A DNA stretch of 64,000 bases from an uncultured virus (IMG/VR IMGVR_UViG_3300042520_001628) (lineage: Duplodnaviria; Heunggongvirae; Uroviricota; Caudoviricetes): the IMG/VR virus record IMGVR_UViG_3300042520_001628; one strand, written 5' to 3'. The position numbers and the translations under genes were made by a program. Below, piece after piece: positions 27,142 through 38,200 of the stretch (position 1 is the first letter of the stretch; each line of letters begins with the position of its first letter). Under the pieces are notes generated by a model, which made no database searches, was not told the DNA's origin, and saw nothing but the letters and a program-made list of their open reading frames with translations.

Positions 27142-29360
27142 TGATAAATAAAACTTTTACTAGTTTACTTTTAAATGACACTAACATGGATCTATTCTAT
27201 AGAATAGATGACACTTTTGTTGCAAATAGTAATATTTATTTTACTTGCCCATTAAATGTTTTAAATAGTCTTCTTTCAGAATCTATATCAATTGGATCTA
27301 TATCTTCATATAAATTATATGTAAGAATAAGTGATTCTATATCTGGATCATCTATTAATAATATTAATTTTGAGGAATTAATAAATTTAAATTCAACAAA
27401 TATAGAAAATAATTCTATAGTAATTAATATAAGTAATATAACAAATAATATATCACATGATTATTTGTGTGATATAATGAATTTTGAAGAAATTTCTAAA
27501 TTATATAAAAATTATAAAATAATTTTTAGAATATCATCAAATTCAACTATAGAAGAAAATAAAAATAATATATTGTCGTCAGATATATATCATGATTTAA
27601 ATATTTTATTAAATACAGCAGAATCTGGACCATATGATGTTGCGATATCAGAAATAGATTTAGTATCTCCTTTAATTTTTTCTTTAGAAGAATCAAAAGA
27701 AATTTATAAAAAATATATGTCTTTACTCGGAAGAGAAAGAGTACGATGTTTTTATCCTAAAAATATTTCAAATAAAATTCCTTTATTATTTTTTCAGCAT
27801 GGTAATGGGCAATTTACTGTAGGATATGATTTATATCTTGCGACTATAGCTTCTTATGGTTATGTGTGTTTTTCATTAGATTCTAATCCAGATCCAGCTA
27901 TTGGTGCTGCTATAAGTTTTACACAAACTATTGAACACATTTTTGATAAACAGAATATTATTAATTTTGGTTTTTCTCCAAGTATAATGGATTTTAATAA
28001 AATTAATATTGGTGGTCATAGTAGAGGAGCAGTAACAGCGATAGGTGCATATAACTTTATAAGAGATAAATCAAATAATAATATAATACAAGATTATTTT
28101 TTAGAAAAGAATAATTTTAAAACATTAATTTCTTTTGCTGGTGCTGGAACACCATTAATATTAAATAATAGTGTTATTGAAATCGGATATACAGGTACTC
28201 CTTTATATGATCCATACCATGATCTTCCAATTTATCACATCAAAGGCACAAATGATGGTGATTCTCAAGACACAAATCATATAACATTTTTAGGATATTC
28301 ATATGATATAAGAAGAAATTTTCATGATTTAATCAATATAGAAGTAGAAAGTTATAATCACGGTTCTATAGCATGTCCTCCGTATTATTCAGATGTTTTT
28401 GGTATGTATGGTGAATCTAAATTTTTACCAAATACTAATCCCAGATTTTCAAATACGGAAAAAACTTTAATATATAATAATCAATATACAAAATTAATAG
28501 AATTATGTTCAGAATTAATTTACTTTTTATCTATTAATAATTTTAATTCTAAAAAAATAAAAAAAATACATTATTCTGGTATTAACCTAATAGATAAAAA
28601 AATACTTAAAAATAAACCTTCTGGTATAGTTAAAAATTATTATCAAGCCTATGGAGATATTAAATATTTAATTCATAATTATTCTGGTATTACTTCATCA
28701 TTTGCTGGATCAACTGGATTCACATATTCTACACATATTACTGGTACTTTTGGTTATGCGATAGATTCTGGTTATATACCAGATTTATCAGAACCTTTAT
28801 ATAATTTGTTTGAGACTAAAAGAATTCCATACGCAAAAACAACAGCAGCGACACCAAATGATATTACTGATAATGATACTTTTAATGGTATTATAAATTT
28901 ATATGATAAGTGTTTATTTTTATCAATAGAATCAAATATGAATCTTGGTTATACTTTTATGAGTGGTATTACTTTAACCGAAAATGAATACCTTTGTTTG
29001 AGTGGAAGTTTAAAAATTATTTACCCAAGATCTGCTGGTAATACTTTACCCTGTGCTTTTGATATAAGTTTGATTGATAATCTTTCTAATATATCTACAT
29101 TATCATCTAAAATCTCCGATCAATATTTTGAGGTTCCATATCAACCATATAATGATCCTATAGATGGTGATGAATATGTTTCTATATCACAACCAGTACG
29201 AAGAAATACTATTTATTTTAGAGCCGGAGATTTTTATTTACAAAATCCAGCTATTAATTTAAATAATATTAATCAAATATTATTAAGTTTTGGGCCAGAT
29301 TATGGTTCTACTTTTTGTCATATTGTTTTGGATGAATTTATTGTTCTGAAAGAAATTTAA
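27141..29360 (+). CDS. Alpha/beta-hydrolase (esterase; chlorophyllase/cutinase-like) with extra domains
   Basis: 'PLLFFQHGNG', 'IASYGYV', nucleophile elbow GHSRGA, candidate Asp 'GTNDGD', candidate His 'YNHG'. Confidence 0.8.
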   Translation: MINKTFTSLLLNDTNMDLFYRIDDTFVANSNIYFTCPLNVLNSLLSESISIGSISSYKLYVRISDSISGSSINNINFEELINLNSTNIENNSIVINISNITNNISHDYLCDIMNFEEISKLYKNYKIIFRISSNSTIEENKNNILSSDIYHDLNILLNTAESGPYDVAISEIDLVSPLIFSLEESKEIYKKYMSLLGRERVRCFYPKNISNKIPLLFFQHGNGQFTVGYDLYLATIASYGYVCFSLDSNPDPAIGAAISFTQTIEHIFDKQNIINFGFSPSIMDFNKINIGGHSRGAVTAIGAYNFIRDKSNNNIIQDYFLEKNNFKTLISFAGAGTPLILNNSVIEIGYTGTPLYDPYHDLPIYHIKGTNDGDSQDTNHITFLGYSYDIRRNFHDLINIEVESYNHGSIACPPYYSDVFGMYGESKFLPNTNPRFSNTEKTLIYNNQYTKLIELCSELIYFLSINNFNSKKIKKIHYSGINLIDKKILKNKPSGIVKNYYQAYGDIKYLIHNYSGITSSFAGSTGFTYSTHITGTFGYAIDSGYIPDLSEPLYNLFETKRIPYAKTTAATPNDITDNDTFNGIINLYDKCLFLSIESNMNLGYTFMSGITLTENEYLCLSGSLKIIYPRSAGNTLPCAFDISLIDNLSNISTLSSKISDQYFEVPYQPYNDPIDGDEYVSISQPVRRNTIYFRAGDFYLQNPAINLNNINQILLSFGPDYGSTFCHIVLDEFIVLKEI

Positions 29361-29380
29361 TATTTAAATAAATATAATAA

Positions 29381-32263
29381 ATGTCAATTTACGGTTCATC
29401 ACCATTTAATCCAATTCAAACATATACTTTTATTGCTCAAAGAGGCAATCAAGGTCCAGCTGGTCAACAGGGACTAACAGGACCAACTGGAAATCCTGGA
29501 TATGGACCAACTGGACCAACTGGACCAGGAATTACATTTATCAATTTTATAAATGGTATCATTAATACCATCTATACCGATGGGCAAGTAAGATCTTCAA
29601 ATTCAATAGAAAGACAATTAGGAAATTATTATATTGATATTACTGGAACTACTTCTGGTAATTTTTCACCATTAGCTTCTACTGGTTTTACATATAATAT
29701 AGAAAAACAAGTTCAGGGTGAATTTATAACATTTCCTGTCGTAAGACAGTTAAAATTTAAAAATTTAAATACAAATACACCCGATTTTGTAGAGTTTGAA
29801 TATACTTATCCAGATACAAATCCAAGTGATGGTCCAGAACCTGGTCAGGTCATTAAAGTATCATATAATGTATTTAATTTGAGCGTTGCTGGTGTTTCTG
29901 GTGGTCCAGTAAACAGTCTTCTTTATAATGCTCCTGGTAATTTCCAATACGGTCTTACAGGAACAACTTATAGTACTTCTCAAAATGTTGCTAATTTCGG
30001 TATATTAAACGCAGCCGAGCAATTGGCCGTTATATCACCACAAAAATTTGATTCAAATACTATAAATGTTTGGAAATTAGATCCAACAGAAGCATCAGTA
30101 TTTTACTTAACTGGGTTTAGTACAATATCAAGCACCAGTACTACACATGTTCACGGCAATCATATCTGTATTAAGAAAGACACAACTACAAATTCTACAA
30201 AAGGTTTTACTATAATATTACCAAAAGAATTTTATGTGTCAAATGCTACAAATAGGCTTTTCTATTCAACATATGAAGAAGATTCAGATATAACAGCTGC
30301 AAATTTCACCTTATCACAATTTAAAAATACTTTTGAGCCAAATATAATATGGCAATCTGATTCTTATTTCTGCCCATCAAATAACAAATATGATGTTATT
30401 AATTTCATAAGTATTGGTTCCAGATATATCGGTATTCCAGCTCAATACAATACTAATACAAATGAAAGACCTACTGAATTAAATTCAATACCAACTTCAT
30501 TTGATTGTAAACCAGCAAATTATGAAAATTTCTATAGAGCATCATTCAATCCTGTGTATGGATTATGTTGCAATACAGATTGTACATGTAATCCAGGATA
30601 TAATTTTGAATGCTCTGGTTATTTCTATGAAGGAGTAACTTGTGGTGGTGTAACTGGAATATGCACAAATCTTGGAGCTTGTTGTTTATATTCAGAACAG
30701 AACAACATAGTAGTACCTTGTCAAGAACTAAAATTTTGCGACTGCTATAAAATTGCAAATGAAAGTGGATTCTCTTATAAATGGAGTCCATTCACCAAAA
30801 TTAAAAAATCATGTGGTGATTTCAATTGCTTTAATGCTAAAAATAATGTAGGTGCTTGCTGTGATGGTAACGGAGTTTGTATTGAAACTTCCGAATCATC
30901 ATGTCAGCATTTTTATCAAGGAGATGGGGTTAACTGCACCACATCTGAAAATTTAAACGTATGTGTTAGTGGTTACGGAGCCTGCTGTGATTCTGGGATT
31001 ACTTGTTCACCAGGAATAACAGGAGAACATTGCCTATCTGAATTCAAGAGTTATTTTGGTGATGGTACTACTTGTGGTGATTTTGTATGTTCGGCAGCAG
31101 ATCTTCCTTGTTATTCAATAATACAAGATCAGTTATTGGCTCCAGGTACTGAATATGATGATGGTATAGTAGTAGGTATTTTCAATCCTAAAAATACCAA
31201 AGTTCTCGGGGCAAAACTTTTCGATGGTTCCGTGAAAGGTTTCACCGCATTATCTGGAACAACTTTAGATAATTTAAATGAATATTTCACAGCATATGAT
31301 TATTCTGGATATGGATTTGATCAGACAAATACATGTGATGATACTGCCGATTCATATCTTTTAATCGTATCAAAACACCCAATCAGTTTGGATTCATCTA
31401 AGAATATTCATGATGGTAATAACTATACGAATAAATTTATATGGTCTAATAATTCTGTCGCGTGGGGTCCGCTAGTAGATATAGGAGCCAATGTTGTAGA
31501 TGAGTTTGATGTAAATAATTTAGCCTATAAAGAGGGTTATGTTTATACAACGACAAATCAGGAATCCAGTAAACTAAGTTTATATGAAAATAGCTTCCTG
31601 ACTTGTTCATCTGCTCGGTTTGATACCAACTCAATGACTCATCTTGAGAATAGACCATTACAGTCATTTATTGGTAATTGGACAAGAAATTATGGATTAT
31701 ATAATACCATTAGATTGGTAAGTGGTGAATATTTTTACTATAATATAGGTTCGTCCCAGAGTGGCGCAACTCTTTCCAACTACACACCAACAACAACAAA
31801 TATAACAGCTGCAAGAGCATTATCTGTCTATAATTTACAAAAACCATCATCAGAACAATATATTTCCAGTTGGTATATTCCAAGTATAGACGAGTTGAGT
31901 TTTATAGCTTCTGCCTGTGCTAGTGGTACAGAATTTAACCTAAATGCCAGATTGATTGAATCTGGATATACCCCTCTGGATGGATACCATTGGAGTTCTA
32001 CTGGTGCTTTAAATACAAGCAACAATGAGGGTATATTAACAGTATCTGGTGTCACACACGGTACTGAGGCATGGGCTATTAAATTTGATATAGACGGTGA
32101 TGTAGATAATATGGAAATTTCTAGAAAGAGTCGTTCTACTGAGTATTTTGTAAGACCAGTAAAAATGATTCGTTGCGATAAGCAATATTATTCAATAAAT
32201 GAAAATAATTTTAAACTTTGGTATGTTCCAATATTATCAGAAACTATTATAGATAATTCATAA
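29381..32263 (+). CDS. Putative fibre protein 1: collagen N-term, 4 GxCC repeats, Lcl/DUF1566-like C-term
   Basis: GXY repeats; GLCC and three GACC; 'WYIPSIDEL...YHWSST...VRPVK'. Confidence 0.7.
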   Translation: MSIYGSSPFNPIQTYTFIAQRGNQGPAGQQGLTGPTGNPGYGPTGPTGPGITFINFINGIINTIYTDGQVRSSNSIERQLGNYYIDITGTTSGNFSPLASTGFTYNIEKQVQGEFITFPVVRQLKFKNLNTNTPDFVEFEYTYPDTNPSDGPEPGQVIKVSYNVFNLSVAGVSGGPVNSLLYNAPGNFQYGLTGTTYSTSQNVANFGILNAAEQLAVISPQKFDSNTINVWKLDPTEASVFYLTGFSTISSTSTTHVHGNHICIKKDTTTNSTKGFTIILPKEFYVSNATNRLFYSTYEEDSDITAANFTLSQFKNTFEPNIIWQSDSYFCPSNNKYDVINFISIGSRYIGIPAQYNTNTNERPTELNSIPTSFDCKPANYENFYRASFNPVYGLCCNTDCTCNPGYNFECSGYFYEGVTCGGVTGICTNLGACCLYSEQNNIVVPCQELKFCDCYKIANESGFSYKWSPFTKIKKSCGDFNCFNAKNNVGACCDGNGVCIETSESSCQHFYQGDGVNCTTSENLNVCVSGYGACCDSGITCSPGITGEHCLSEFKSYFGDGTTCGDFVCSAADLPCYSIIQDQLLAPGTEYDDGIVVGIFNPKNTKVLGAKLFDGSVKGFTALSGTTLDNLNEYFTAYDYSGYGFDQTNTCDDTADSYLLIVSKHPISLDSSKNIHDGNNYTNKFIWSNNSVAWGPLVDIGANVVDEFDVNNLAYKEGYVYTTTNQESSKLSLYENSFLTCSSARFDTNSMTHLENRPLQSFIGNWTRNYGLYNTIRLVSGEYFYYNIGSSQSGATLSNYTPTTTNITAARALSVYNLQKPSSEQYISSWYIPSIDELSFIASACASGTEFNLNARLIESGYTPLDGYHWSSTGALNTSNNEGILTVSGVTHGTEAWAIKFDIDGDVDNMEISRKSRSTEYFVRPVKMIRCDKQYYSINENNFKLWYVPILSETIIDNS

Positions 32264-35200
32264 TGTCTGCATTTCCTGGAAGCTCAGTAATCCCCGTCAG
32301 TGCTACTATAACAGAAGGTCCGAGAGGATTTACTGGTATAACTGGTCCTACTGGAAATAAAGGCCCAACTGGTGAATCTTTACGTGGATTTACTGGTCCA
32401 ACAGGTATTGGTATTATTGGGGTAACTTATGTTGTTGGTGGTGGTATTTCCTTTACAAACTCTAGAGGAAATACTCTATATGCAAGTTTCTCAGGAATCA
32501 CAGGAACTTCATATGATGATGAAACTCCACGAGGTATTCTGTTAGCAACAGGTCTTACTCAATTAGGATATTCTGTTTTATATTCTTATGTTGATTCTTA
32601 CGTTCTTAATAACGAAGCCATAGTAGAACCTAATTCGCCAGATATAAATCCAATCTTTGGACAGACTGCTCTTTATGTTAGAACACTTGAGTTTTCTGGT
32701 TCGGCTTTGAAAGGTAAAAGTGCTGATTCAAGTTATATTTACCTAGATGGAAAGACTTTTGGAGCAGCACGACCTATTGGAAATACTGGAGAAATATTAT
32801 ATGTCTCTGGTGCAAACGCATTTAAGTCAGTTGATCAATCCAAATATACAGAAGCTACAAATTTGCTTAGTGTAGCTTTAGGACCAGATCGACACCCAAT
32901 ACACAATAATCAAAATGTTCAAACTGGAACTTTTGTATTTGGTCAAAATATTTCTGGATTTTCTGGTCCCACTGGATATGCATTTTTTCAGAATGACTTC
33001 GGTCAATTTTCAATCAACAATAACAAATATCAATCAGCAGAAACACAAAAGAAGTCTGATGTTACTCTTCAGATAGGAACAACGGGTTCTGATTCTCTTA
33101 CATTTAAATTCTTTGGCGTGACTTTTGATTCGGCTAATAAATTTACACCACAGATCCAGACTGATGATAATTTTGGTTCTTGCTGTTTCTGTCAAAGCGA
33201 TACAACAGAAATTAAATGTTTAGATTATGTTAGCAATTCTTATTGCGTTGAGGTTGGTGGAAGTTTCTCAACCAGCAGTTGTTTAAATAGAATCTCATCT
33301 GGTGATTGTTATAATGAAGGTGCATGTTGTGTAAATGGAAAATGCATTAATACTTCTTTAGAAAAATGTGTTCAATATAAAGGAACTTTCTTTCCAGGTG
33401 AAGTATGTGCTGCCAGTGGTCAGGACTCATCATATTTTACATGCCCAAATACATGTGAAGTAATAGATCCCACTACAGGTAAATGTTGTTTCCGTGGATT
33501 CTGTTTTGATTTGACTGAATTTGAATGTGATTCTTTACCTGGAGCAAAATTTAACTCTGGTGTTTGTGTAAGCCCAGTAGATGAAGTTTGTTGTGGTGAC
33601 TTGATTGGTGCTTGTTGTGAAAAATCAGGACCTGAATATAGTTGCACACAAAAACATCCATCTGAATGTACTGGTATATTCCATGGTGCTAACACACAAT
33701 GTACTGAAGTAGAGTGTTGTGGTAAGAATTTTATAGAAACTTATTTTAACTCTTCTACTGATTGTAGATTAACAAGTAATCAGCCATGTCTTCCAATCGG
33801 TACGAAAATTGGTGGGGGATATCTAGTTGGTGTCGTTGGTATGCCATCACCTTGTTCATCATATGGAAACCCATTAGTTGCTTATGGCCAACCATTGGCG
33901 TGTAGAGTCCACCCAAGAGGTAGTGTAGTTGGTCCAAATTCTTTCTACTGGAATTTCAAAAATTGTGGTGGTGCTAATGGTTCCACATTAGGTGCATTTG
34001 GTGCTTACGCAAGCGATGTTAATTTTGAATATTTCTTAAGAACTAAATCCTCAGATACTGTTAATTTGAATTATGCAGATAATGCTTTAAATAAATGTTT
34101 ATTAAAGTTTGGTACTCCATATATTCAACAAACTTATAAAGATATTACAAGCATTCAAGGTGTTCAGACAACAGTTCAATGGTTAGATAATATTCAATAT
34201 GTTGGATCAATGGAATATAATTTATCAAATGGATTTTTTGCATATCCTGTCGGTGGTGCTGAAGTTTCCTTGAATTATATTATCCCAGAAAAACACTCAA
34301 ACGAATCACCTAATTATAAGTATCTTGCAGAAAAATATTATAGTGCTAATAATATTCACATGTTATGGGCATTGATCGTAGCCCCAGATGATGCATACTC
34401 ATCCAGCAATCTAATCTGGGGTATGGAAGAAGGCAGAGCAAGATTAGAAGGTTATAACGAAGAACCAATAACATCTTTTGCTGTAGATGGTTTATTGATG
34501 ACAAGAATTTTTGACGAATCTTCTAAAGAAAATCCAAATCTATGGTTTAGAGATCCACAAGGTACTGGAAAAGATTTAAAGGCTTATGATAGATTTGCTT
34601 TCTATAATCCAACAAATATAACAAAAAGAACCAATTGGAATCTTTCTGTTGTTGAAAATACAATCGAAACTAATATTAATGTCTTTAAGCAAAATTATTC
34701 TGAAATGTGGGATACACACAATCCAGAAAATTCCTGCACAAAACAAATTTCTATATTGAATCAAACCAGTTATGAAGGATATAACGATTGGTATATACCA
34801 TCTATAACTGAATTGAATTACATTTATGAGAATGTGGATGCTATTAATGCTAGTATTTTAGTAAATAGCGAACAGTTAATTGATACAAATAGTGATTACT
34901 GGAGTTCAACAACTGTTTCTTACTTGAAGAGTTGGAGCGCATCAAATCATTTAGATTATACATCATATCAAATAGAAGAAACACCAACCTCACAAAATAA
35001 AAATTCTAAGTATAGATTTATTGCTTCTGATTTCTCTGGTTTAAATGATAAGAAAGCCTATGAATTATCACTCAATGTTTCTGCTGGTGAAAACATGTTG
35101 ATCCAATCATTTGTTCAGAATGGTAATAATGCAGGGTTAGTTTCATCTAAGAATAGAAAATTATTTGGAGCGAAACTCAGACCAGTAAGAAGAATTCCAA

Positions 35201-35280
35201 TTATTATTGGATCTTCATCAGATAACATTGAAACTATTTTAAATGCTTATGATTTTTCTAATTGTAATTCATGCCCCTAA
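32263..35280 (+). CDS. Putative fibre protein 2: collagen N-term, 4 GxCC repeats, Lcl/DUF1566-like C-term
   Basis: GXY repeats; GSCC/GACC/GKCC/GACC; 'IGTKIGGG', 'GYNDWYIPSITEL...YWSST...LRPVRRI'. Confidence 0.7.
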   Translation: MSAFPGSSVIPVSATITEGPRGFTGITGPTGNKGPTGESLRGFTGPTGIGIIGVTYVVGGGISFTNSRGNTLYASFSGITGTSYDDETPRGILLATGLTQLGYSVLYSYVDSYVLNNEAIVEPNSPDINPIFGQTALYVRTLEFSGSALKGKSADSSYIYLDGKTFGAARPIGNTGEILYVSGANAFKSVDQSKYTEATNLLSVALGPDRHPIHNNQNVQTGTFVFGQNISGFSGPTGYAFFQNDFGQFSINNNKYQSAETQKKSDVTLQIGTTGSDSLTFKFFGVTFDSANKFTPQIQTDDNFGSCCFCQSDTTEIKCLDYVSNSYCVEVGGSFSTSSCLNRISSGDCYNEGACCVNGKCINTSLEKCVQYKGTFFPGEVCAASGQDSSYFTCPNTCEVIDPTTGKCCFRGFCFDLTEFECDSLPGAKFNSGVCVSPVDEVCCGDLIGACCEKSGPEYSCTQKHPSECTGIFHGANTQCTEVECCGKNFIETYFNSSTDCRLTSNQPCLPIGTKIGGGYLVGVVGMPSPCSSYGNPLVAYGQPLACRVHPRGSVVGPNSFYWNFKNCGGANGSTLGAFGAYASDVNFEYFLRTKSSDTVNLNYADNALNKCLLKFGTPYIQQTYKDITSIQGVQTTVQWLDNIQYVGSMEYNLSNGFFAYPVGGAEVSLNYIIPEKHSNESPNYKYLAEKYYSANNIHMLWALIVAPDDAYSSSNLIWGMEEGRARLEGYNEEPITSFAVDGLLMTRIFDESSKENPNLWFRDPQGTGKDLKAYDRFAFYNPTNITKRTNWNLSVVENTIETNINVFKQNYSEMWDTHNPENSCTKQISILNQTSYEGYNDWYIPSITELNYIYENVDAINASILVNSEQLIDTNSDYWSSTTVSYLKSWSASNHLDYTSYQIEETPTSQNKNSKYRFIASDFSGLNDKKAYELSLNVSAGENMLIQSFVQNGNNAGLVSSKNRKLFGAKLRPVRRIPIIIGSSSDNIETILNAYDFSNCNSCP

Positions 35281-35299
35281 TTAATGGATAAATATTATT

Positions 35300-38200
35300 A
35301 TGTCAAGTAGCGCAATCGGCTTTCAAAATATAAATAAAGGTCCAACAGGAGCAACAGGAGCACGTGGAGCACAGGGACCAATAGGCCCAACAGGTGGTCT
35401 TGGTGGTCCTACTGGACCAACTGGTAATATTGCTCCATATATTTTAAATGTATCTTTAACTGGTCAAACAGCTACTGTACAATTATCAGATGGTGTGCAA
35501 TATTTAGTTTCTGGTAATTTTTTAGGTGCTACTGGTTCTGATACTACAATTATTAGTATTAAAGATCCTTTAGATCCTGGATCAGATGTAATTACATATA
35601 GTTTATTGGCTTCTGGTAATAATACCAATTCATTTGTAATGCGTGGTATTTCTGGATTCGGTTCTCTAGTAGTAACAGAAAATGCAAGTACTATTTTTAT
35701 AGATTCAATCTATACACCTAGTAGCGGAAGCCTTGATTCTTTTGGTCTTACAAATAATACTTTAGTCTATCTAAAACAACGAGATCAAATCTCCAGCACA
35801 ACGATTGGTATAACATCTGGTAATTTTTATGATGGTGTATTGAATTTTGAAAAATCTGGTTCTACACCAGCATCTCCAAGTTTCTCTAAGTTACTACCTA
35901 GATCAAAAGTAAAGTACTTAACACCAACTTATAAAACATCAACACCACAACCAATTGTATTAAATATTGATGATGCTGGTGTATTTTATGTCAGAACACC
36001 AAATGGTATTTCAGCATTTAATGGAAATTTCAAATCTAGTGAGGTAGTATCTTTTACTCTCATCACAGAAAGTGATGATATCTGGAATTTCCCATCGAAT
36101 GTTTATTTTGAGAATGGTGAAAATTATCTAACATGTGGTAAATCCATACTTAATTTAACCTCATTTGACCAGGGTACATCATGGTACGCGACAGTTGCTG
36201 CTAGAGGTATTGATGCTTCTGTTACCAATTGCCAAATTCGAGGTGTACTTGGTTCGTGTTGTTATACTGGTGTTACTGGATCTCAATGTGTTGATTATGT
36301 TACAAAAAATCAATGTGATATTTTAAGCGGTACATTCAACCCATTACAGCCTTGCGAGACAGCCTGTGGATACACTTTTGGTATTTGTTGTTCTAATGGT
36401 CAATGTATTGAAGATGCAAATTACGCAGAATGTTTAGCCTTCGGTGGTAGATTCTTATTTGGTGTGACATGTGGCTCATTTGGTGCTAGTCTAGATCCCG
36501 ATGCTACAAACGCAACGCGATTATGCTATGATTCTTGCCAAAATCAAAAAGTAGCTTGTTGTAAAGATGGTGTATGCTTAGGTGATGAGTTCACAAAAAT
36601 AGAATGTGAAAATATTCTTGGTGGCGTTGCCTTTGTAGGACAACCATGTTCATCTGTTGATTGTTGCGAGCAAAATGTAAAAATTGGTGCTTGTTGTAAA
36701 AATCAAGAATGCTCACAAAAAACTTTGAATGAATGCAAAGCCATTGGCGGTGTATTCATGGGTGAAGGTGAATTATGTGAAAATGTAAATTGCAAATGTA
36801 TTGGTGATGCAAGATATGGAAATTGTTGTTATTGTCAAGGCACATCTAAGCTATGTAAAGTAACAGCAGAAGACGATTGTGAAACTGGGCTTTGGACTTA
36901 TAATTCTTCATATACTTCTAACACTCCTAGTTGTAATGCTGATGGTTTCAGTGGTTGTCTGGAAGACCTCACACTAAATTGTGGAGGTGATTTCTTTAAA
37001 TGTTGTTATTGCGAAGATGGTGTTACTAACTGTTCAAATTTAACACAAGCACAATGTGCTAGTTTCAATGGTATATTCACTCAAGGTATACAATGCACAC
37101 TTACTAATTGTGATCCATGTGAATCTGATGGAGGTAATCCATGTGCAGATTGTGTAGTAGAAGTTCCTGGTGTATGTTGTAAGTGTGATGATCCAAATGT
37201 ACCATGTCTACAAGTTGCTGATGTAAAAAATTGCCCATCTGAATATACTCAAAATACAAAATCAACCTTTTGTGTAGATAATCCGTGTCGTTGTAATACA
37301 TCCAGTTCTGATTGTGATTTAAGAACAGAATCACCACAAATATCTTGTCCCCCATTACCAGCATCATTTGATGTTTTAGCTGAACATGAAGTTGATACTG
37401 CTTCTTCAACTAGAAGAAATATAATAACTAAGAATATAGCAGATAATAATTCTAATACTTTTAAACCTATGGGTGGAGTATTAGTAAAAGATTTTTATAT
37501 TGATATTAATGGTAGTGGATTTCAAAAAATAAATAATGGTAAAGATTTAAAATTCTGTTTAACATTAGACTTAGATACATTCAGAAATCCATCAGATACA
37601 AGCGGTCTAGGTGATGATTCTGTTAGAGTTTATATTTTAAGATCTTGGTATCCGAAATTCTTTGCACAAAATTATGCAAATTATAAAAATTTTCATTACA
37701 GTGGTGTTGATGATAATTTTGATCAATTTTCATCTGTAATTACTCAAGTTCCAGCAAAAACAGATTTTCAAGAATCTAGTGCAACTGAAAATGGTTCTTA
37801 TTGGGGATATTTAGCAGAACTTGATCCTGAAAAAACAGGAGTATCTGAGTTTACAGAGGCTGATGTTTTATCTGGTTATATTAATAAAAATGAACAATAT
37901 TCAATAAAACATTATACGGATCCTTATTCTGCTCCTGCATCATATAATACTGATGATTTAAGAATGGAATTAAATTGCCCTTTATTTGGATTAAATACTA
38001 GAGGCAAGGCTGTTAATGAATCAGATTTAATTCCAAGTGGATTTAATTCTTTTTCTCCAATAAAAAATATTTTAAATAATAACGCAAATTCACAAAATAT
38101 TTATCCAAATCCAGAAGAAGTTGATTCCACTGGCTATTATGACTCTGTTGATATAGGAATTAAATATACTTTAGGGCAGTTAAGCCTTCCAGAGAGCATG

